64,000 nt of DNA, from positions 124,001 through 188,000 of the forward strand of contig JAXGZF010000006.1 in the NCBI GenBank assembly GCA_040771865.1. The letters run 5' to 3'. How positions within the stretch are numbered: the first letter of the stretch is position 1; the number at the start of each line of letters is the position of its first letter. The stretch is from Desulfobacterales bacterium. GTDB lineage: Bacteria > Desulfobacterota > Desulfobacteria > Desulfobacterales > UBA2245. Both the position numbers and the translations under genes were made by a program. Positions 58,989 through 64,000 of the stretch are shown piece by piece. Under the pieces are notes generated by a model that was given only the letters and a program-made list of their open reading frames with translations, ran no database searches and had not been told where the DNA came from.

Positions 58989-60188
58989 TTACACTCGAAA
59001 ATGCCTGAACCTCAACAAAATTGCCAGAACCAGGCCGACGAGAAATCCCGTAGCCAGATTTGTTGTCAAGGTAATGGCCAGAATTGTGAGAATGACAAAC
59101 AGATCTTTCCGGTCCTGAATATCCAGAATGCTTCGCCCCAGCTCGGCGCCGGCGAAAATCAGCAGAACTCCGAGAACGGCCATGGGGAGCAACTGGAACA
59201 ATTTCATTGCCTGAAATCCCAGGAACAAGGCAAGACCGGTAAAAATCGATCCAACGATCAGATTGGAGCCGGCGCTTCTCGCCCCGAAGCGGTAGTGGGC
59301 CGCAAGGCCTCCGGCGCCATGGCACAAGGGCATGCCGCCCAGAAAAAAGCATGCAAGATTGGCCAGACCCATGCTGATGCAAAGCGCCCTGGAAGTCACT
59401 CTATGAGCCTTCGGTCCATAGTAGATACCGGCCAGATCTCCGGTGGCCACCACGGCATTGGTCAGCGTCATGGGCAGCTGGGGCAGCACGAGAGACACCA
59501 GGGCGACAATGAAATCCGAGATTCTTAATTCGCTGAGTTCAGGACCTTCGGGAAAAAAGAATCCCAATGAAAGACCATCCAGATTGAGATGGCCGCCGAA
59601 CAGCAATCCGACACTCATCCCTCCGAACAGGAGGACGGCGGCCGCGGGAAACCTTTTATGATCCATCAGCATCAAAACAATCAGGACGCCGATGACCGCA
59701 ACGGGCCATCCGACAGGCATTGGCCCGATATGCTGTAAGGACAGAAACGGTTCGGCTGCTCCGGAAAGCGCCTGAAAACGCGACGTGCCCAGCGCCAGAC
59801 GAACCCCTTCAGCCATCAGCATCACGCCCGTGGACAGCTGCACCCCCCGGATTACGGATCTGGGAATTCGCTGAACGAGGCTGCCCAGAACCGGAATGAC
59901 CCCGATGAGCAGCAAACAGGCGCCCATGAACAGCGTGGAGGCCAGGATCTGTGAAGCGCTCAGGCCGGCGGCAATGGCATAGGCGCCGATCACCTTCATC
60001 GGCTGAACGGGCATGGAAATTCGAAAATACAGGCCGGAAACGATGTAGTACAATCCGATGGAAAAAAATATTCCCGTGGAATCGAGTCCGTTGACCATGA
60101 TCAGCCCTACTGCCAGAGGAATCAGCGTTCCGAGGTCTGCGAGAGAGCCTGAAAATTCCATTCGGTCGAACCTGAGATCTGATTTCAC
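58989..60188 (-). CDS. Putative sulfate/molybdate transporter (MOT1-like)
   Basis: EFSGSLADLGTLIP, PVQPMK, PQLPMTLTNAV and MPLCHGAGGLAAHYRFGARS motifs. Confidence 0.9.
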   Translation of the reverse strand: MKSDLRFDRMEFSGSLADLGTLIPLAVGLIMVNGLDSTGIFFSIGLYYIVSGLYFRISMPVQPMKVIGAYAIAAGLSASQILASTLFMGACLLLIGVIPVLGSLVQRIPRSVIRGVQLSTGVMLMAEGVRLALGTSRFQALSGAAEPFLSLQHIGPMPVGWPVAVIGVLIVLMLMDHKRFPAAAVLLFGGMSVGLLFGGHLNLDGLSLGFFFPEGPELSELRISDFIVALVSLVLPQLPMTLTNAVVATGDLAGIYYGPKAHRVTSRALCISMGLANLACFFLGGMPLCHGAGGLAAHYRFGARSAGSNLIVGSIFTGLALFLGFQAMKLFQLLPMAVLGVLLIFAGAELGRSILDIQDRKDLFVILTILAITLTTNLATGFLVGLVLAILLRFRHFRV

Positions 60189-60519
60189 GATTCAAATGCC
60201 CAGTTTGTATTGCAAAAGATATTACGCACATGAGAAGATGCGCGGCTTGTCATGAATGATTCCTTATCGAAAATTCCGGAAAATCACAATTTTCAATTCA
60301 ACAACGTTCGATTTGACAACCTCTGAACCGTGTTTATGTTTTAAAACGAAATTAAGCAATTGCAGTTAATCCGACCCGTTTTGCCGAGCTGAAACAGATC
60401 CATACAGTACAAAAAATTTTTAAGTATAAAAAACAACATATTTTTCGTTTTATGCCCGGTGCTTTCACCGTTTTTCAGGAACGGCTCAAACCGGGTAAAA
60501 TGGAAATCAGGAGGCTTTC

Positions 60520-63108
60520 ATGCGTTTTGACAAATTCACCATAAAATCACAGGAACTCATTCAAAGTGCCCAGTCGCTGGCCGCAGATCACGGCAACCAG
60601 CAGATTGAGCCGGAGCATTTTCTCAGCGCCATGCTCAAGGAAAAGGAAAGCGTCGCGCGATCCATGCTTCGAAAGCTCGGCGTATCTCCGGGATCGGTGG
60701 CGCAGGAAATTGCGATGGCCATCGAAAAATTTCCTAAGGTCAGCGGCGGTGCGGGCACGGAATCCTATATTTCTCCCAGATCCCGGGCCATGCTGGATGT
60801 GGCGTTTGCCGAGGCCGCCAAGATGAAGGACGAATATGTGAGCATCGAGCACTTGCTTCTGGCCATCGCCGATGAAAAGCAGGGAGAGGCGTCTCGCATA
60901 CTCGCCCGAAACGGCATTTTCCGGGAGTCGATTCTCAAGGTGCTCATGGACATTCGCGGCACCCAGCGGATCACCGATCCCAACCCGGAGGAAAAATATC
61001 AGGCTCTGGACAAGTTCAGCCGGGATCTGACCGCCCTGGCCCGGCTGGGTAAACTCGATCCCGTCATCGGCCGGGACGAGGAGGTCCGGCGCATTGTCCA
61101 GGTGCTGTCCCGAAGAACCAAGAACAACCCCGTGCTGATCGGAGAGCCCGGCGTGGGAAAAACCGCGATCGTCGAGGGGCTGGCCCAGCGGATCGTGGCC
61201 GGCGATGTATCGGAAAGCCTGAAGAACCGGAAACTGGTGGCCCTGGACATGGGCGCCCTGATTGCCGGGGCAAAATACCGGGGCGAGTTTGAAGACCGGC
61301 TCAAGGCGGTATTGAAAGAGGTTGAAAGCGCCGAGGGCGAGGTGATCCTTTTCATCGACGAGCTGCACACGCTGGTGGGCGCCGGCGCCGCCGAGGGGTC
61401 CATGGATGCGTCCAACATGCTGAAACCGGCGCTTGCCCGGGGCACGCTCCGCTGTGTGGGGGCCACCACCCTGAACGAATACCGCAAATACATCGAAAAG
61501 GATGCTGCCCTGGAAAGACGGTTTCAGCCGGTGCTGGTTACGGAACCCACCGTTGAAGACACCATCTCGATTCTTCGCGGGCTCAAGGAAAAATACGAGG
61601 TGCACCACGGGGTTCGCATCAAGGACTCGGCCATCGTGGCGGCGGCCGTCCTGTCCAACCGGTATATCTCGGACCGTTTTCTTCCGGACAAGGCCATAGA
61701 CCTGATCGATGAATGCGCCTCCAGGCTGCGAATCGAGATCGACAGCATGCCAATGGAGATCGACGAGATTCAGCGCAAGATCACCCAGTCGGAAATCGAG
61801 CGCGAGGCGCTCAAGAAAGAAACCGATGAAGTCTCCCGCCAGCGCCTGGAAAAGCTGGAGGAGGAGCTCGCCGAGATGAATGGCGAGCTGACCACGATGA
61901 AGGCCCACTGGAAAAATGAAAAGGACATGATTCAGAACATTCGGGAGGTCAAGGAGGCGCTGGAGCACCTGGGCGTCGAGGAGCAGCAGGCCGAACGCGA
62001 GGGCAATCTGGCCCGGGTGGCCGAGCTTCGATATGGAAAGGCCATAGAACTCAAACGCCGGCTGGAATCGGCCAAGGACGATCTTGCGAGACTTCAGAAG
62101 GACCGGAAGATGCTCAAGGAGGAGGTCGACGACGAGGATATTGCCGAGGTGATCTCCAAGTGGACCGGAATTCCGGTTCGAAAGATGCTCGAAGGAGAAA
62201 GGGAAAAGCTGGTTTCCATGGAAGACCGGATTTCGCTTCGCGTGGTCGGACAGGATGCGGCCGTCAGGGCGGTTTCCGATGCCGTGCGCCGGGCCCGCTC
62301 CGGGCTTCAGGATCCCAACCGGCCCATCGGCTCCTTTATCTTCATGGGGCCCACCGGGGTCGGAAAAACCGAGCTCGCCAAGGCCCTGGCCGAATTTCTC
62401 TTTGACACGGAGCAGGCCATGGTCCGCATCGACATGTCCGAATTCATGGAAAAGCATACCGTGTCCCGTCTGATCGGCGCGCCTCCCGGCTATGTGGGGT
62501 ATGACGAGGGCGGTTATCTGACCGAGGCGGTTCGCCGCCGTCCGTATTCGGTGATCCTCTTTGACGAGATCGAGAAGGCCCACCCGGACGTTTTCAACGT
62601 GCTCCTTCAGATTCTGGACGACGGACGGTTGACCGACGGCCACGGACGCACCGTGGATTTCAAGAACACGATCATCATCATGACCTCGAACGTGGGCAGC
62701 CAGTGGATTCAGCAGTACGCAGGCGCGGGGCCCAGGGAAATGGAACAGAAGATCACCGAGGCCCTTCGCGCGGTTTTCAAGCCGGAATTTCTGAACCGGA
62801 TCGACGAGACGATCATTTTTCAAAACCTGTCCCAGGAGCAGATCGGCGAGATCGTCGAAATTCAGATTCGAAAGCTGTCCAAGCGCCTTGCGGAGCGGCA
62901 GATTCAACTGGAACTGGATGAAAGCGCCAAAAAATTTCTCGCGGAAATCGGATATGATCCGGTTTACGGGGCAAGGCCCCTGAAGCGGGCCATTCAGCGA
63001 TACATTGAAAATCCGCTGGCCATGACCTTTCTCAAGGGGGAAATTCCGGAGGGGGCGAGAATTCGTGCAACAGCCTCGGGCGACCGCATCGTGTTTTCCG
63101 CCCAATAA
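60520..63108 (+). CDS. clpB: ATP-dependent chaperone ClpB
   Basis: Two Walker A motifs ([16 protein letters not shown]), a long coiled-coil middle domain and GARPLKR. Confidence 0.98.
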   Translation: MRFDKFTIKSQELIQSAQSLAADHGNQQIEPEHFLSAMLKEKESVARSMLRKLGVSPGSVAQEIAMAIEKFPKVSGGAGTESYISPRSRAMLDVAFAEAAKMKDEYVSIEHLLLAIADEKQGEASRILARNGIFRESILKVLMDIRGTQRITDPNPEEKYQALDKFSRDLTALARLGKLDPVIGRDEEVRRIVQVLSRRTKNNPVLIGEPGVGKTAIVEGLAQRIVAGDVSESLKNRKLVALDMGALIAGAKYRGEFEDRLKAVLKEVESAEGEVILFIDELHTLVGAGAAEGSMDASNMLKPALARGTLRCVGATTLNEYRKYIEKDAALERRFQPVLVTEPTVEDTISILRGLKEKYEVHHGVRIKDSAIVAAAVLSNRYISDRFLPDKAIDLIDECASRLRIEIDSMPMEIDEIQRKITQSEIEREALKKETDEVSRQRLEKLEEELAEMNGELTTMKAHWKNEKDMIQNIREVKEALEHLGVEEQQAEREGNLARVAELRYGKAIELKRRLESAKDDLARLQKDRKMLKEEVDDEDIAEVISKWTGIPVRKMLEGEREKLVSMEDRISLRVVGQDAAVRAVSDAVRRARSGLQDPNRPIGSFIFMGPTGVGKTELAKALAEFLFDTEQAMVRIDMSEFMEKHTVSRLIGAPPGYVGYDEGGYLTEAVRRRPYSVILFDEIEKAHPDVFNVLLQILDDGRLTDGHGRTVDFKNTIIIMTSNVGSQWIQQYAGAGPREMEQKITEALRAVFKPEFLNRIDETIIFQNLSQEQIGEIVEIQIRKLSKRLAERQIQLELDESAKKFLAEIGYDPVYGARPLKRAIQRYIENPLAMTFLKGEIPEGARIRATASGDRIVFSAQ

Positions 63109-63120
63109 AGCGGATTTGAA

Positions 63121-63151
63121 AAAAGAGCCCCGGAAGTCTCCGGGGCTCTTT
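63121..63151. terminator. Bidirectional intrinsic terminator between convergent genes
   Basis: aaagagccccgga-agtc-tccggggctcttt, with an A-run on the left and T on the right. Confidence 0.8.
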
Positions 63152-63188
63152 GGCTATATGCAATACGGCGTCAAGCCGTTTAGGGCAT

Positions 63189-64000
63189 TTAGGCCGGTTT
63201 GAAAACCATCAGCCAGACCTGACAGATGATGATGCTGATGATCATGTAGGGGAAGGCCACCTTCAGGAAGGCGCCAAAGGTGATCTTGTATCCCTTGGAC
63301 TCGGCGATACCCATGGTGACGACGTTGGCGGAGGCGCCGATCATCGTGCCGTTTCCACCGAAGCAGGCGCCCAGCGCCAGTGCCCACCACAGGGTGTTTT
63401 CCGCGCCGGGAATCACCTTGGACAGGTAGGCCACGATGGGCAGCATGGTGGCGGTGAAGGGGATGTTGTCGACAAACGCCGACATGATCGCGGCCACCCA
63501 GAGGATCAGGGTCATGGATATCAGATAGTCGCCGCCGGAAACCTTGAGAATCCAGTCGGCGATCACGGCCAGAAGCCCGGCTTCCTCAACGGCGCCGACG
63601 AGAACAAACAGGAAGATGAAGAACATCAGGGTCGGCCATTCGATGTCTTTCTCGATCAGGTGAATCATGTCCACCTTGTGGGTGAGGACGGCGATTGTGA
63701 AAAGGGCCGCCGCGCCGGTCAGGGCCGCGATGCTCACCTCCATGTGCCAGTAGCCGTGGGAGAGGAAGAGGGACACGACGACGGCCAGCACGATCAGACC
63801 GTAGGTGAGAAGCTGGGAATCCTTGATCTTGTATTTTTCCTTAAGCTCGGCGGTGAACTCGTCCACATTTTTCACCGTTGCCTGGGAGGCGGCGTAGGCT
63901 TTTCCCCACACAACCTTGGAGTACAGAAAAAGGGCGATCATGGCCACAATGCAGATCGCGGTCAGGGCCACCACGAAATCCATGAAGGTCAGGCCGGCAT
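63189..64000 (-). CDS. ArsB/NhaD (SLC13-like) ion transporter, 5' end outside window
   Basis: IEWPTLMFF, SAFVDNIPF and WWALALGACFGGNGTMIGASANVV motifs. Confidence 0.9.
   Translation of the reverse strand, partial: AGLTFMDFVVALTAICIVAMIALFLYSKVVWGKAYAASQATVKNVDEFTAELKEKYKIKDSQLLTYGLIVLAVVVSLFLSHGYWHMEVSIAALTGAAALFTIAVLTHKVDMIHLIEKDIEWPTLMFFIFLFVLVGAVEEAGLLAVIADWILKVSGGDYLISMTLILWVAAIMSAFVDNIPFTATMLPIVAYLSKVIPGAENTLWWALALGACFGGNGTMIGASANVVTMGIAESKGYKITFGAFLKVAFPYMIISIIICQVWLMVFKPA

Noticed and set aside
60547..63105. 852-aa antisense ORF opposite clpB (also long shadow ORFs opposite proA, gpmI, prfC, the LOG gene and others)
   Set aside because: Typical antisense shadows of GC-rich coding frames; no recognisable motifs, and they fully overlap well-supported genes.
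1..64000. CRISPR array, prophage, defence island or in-frame UGA selenoprotein
   Set aside because: No regularly spaced repeats, phage genes or recognisable defence domains were seen, and no gene appeared split at a TGA (by-eye check only).

Overview
Gene-dense chromosomal window, most likely from an anaerobic deltaproteobacterium (Desulfobacterota-like; inferred from gene content and style, not tested). It is mostly housekeeping and metabolism. Left to right: proB(3' end)-proA-nadD-rsfS-gpmI; a minus-strand run with dapL, rtcB-archease, two moeA paralogues, amrS and a methyltransferase; a full glycine-cleavage/lipoate cluster (lpdA, gcvT-H-PA-PB, lipB-lipA); dus and prfC; an RND efflux system; a TRAP transporter; then htpG, rlmN and clpB. 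No tRNA, rRNA, CRISPR array or intact transposase was seen. The best signals are outside the ORF track or in unannotated proteins. (1) A 15-codon leader peptide MNAERQKYYWWWRGF with alternative hairpins and an intrinsic terminator lies in front of the TRAP operon, which suggests a Trp attenuator controlling a transporter. (2) A clear cobalamin riboswitch with terminator controls only a tiny unknown ORF. (3) A 661-aa protein appears to fuse a degenerate dCTP-deaminase/dUTPase-like domain to a LOG nucleotide-hydrolase domain. (4) Two families of short intergenic MITE-like elements are present, one in three copies. All calls are by eye from the sequence and supplied translations; no database searches were run.
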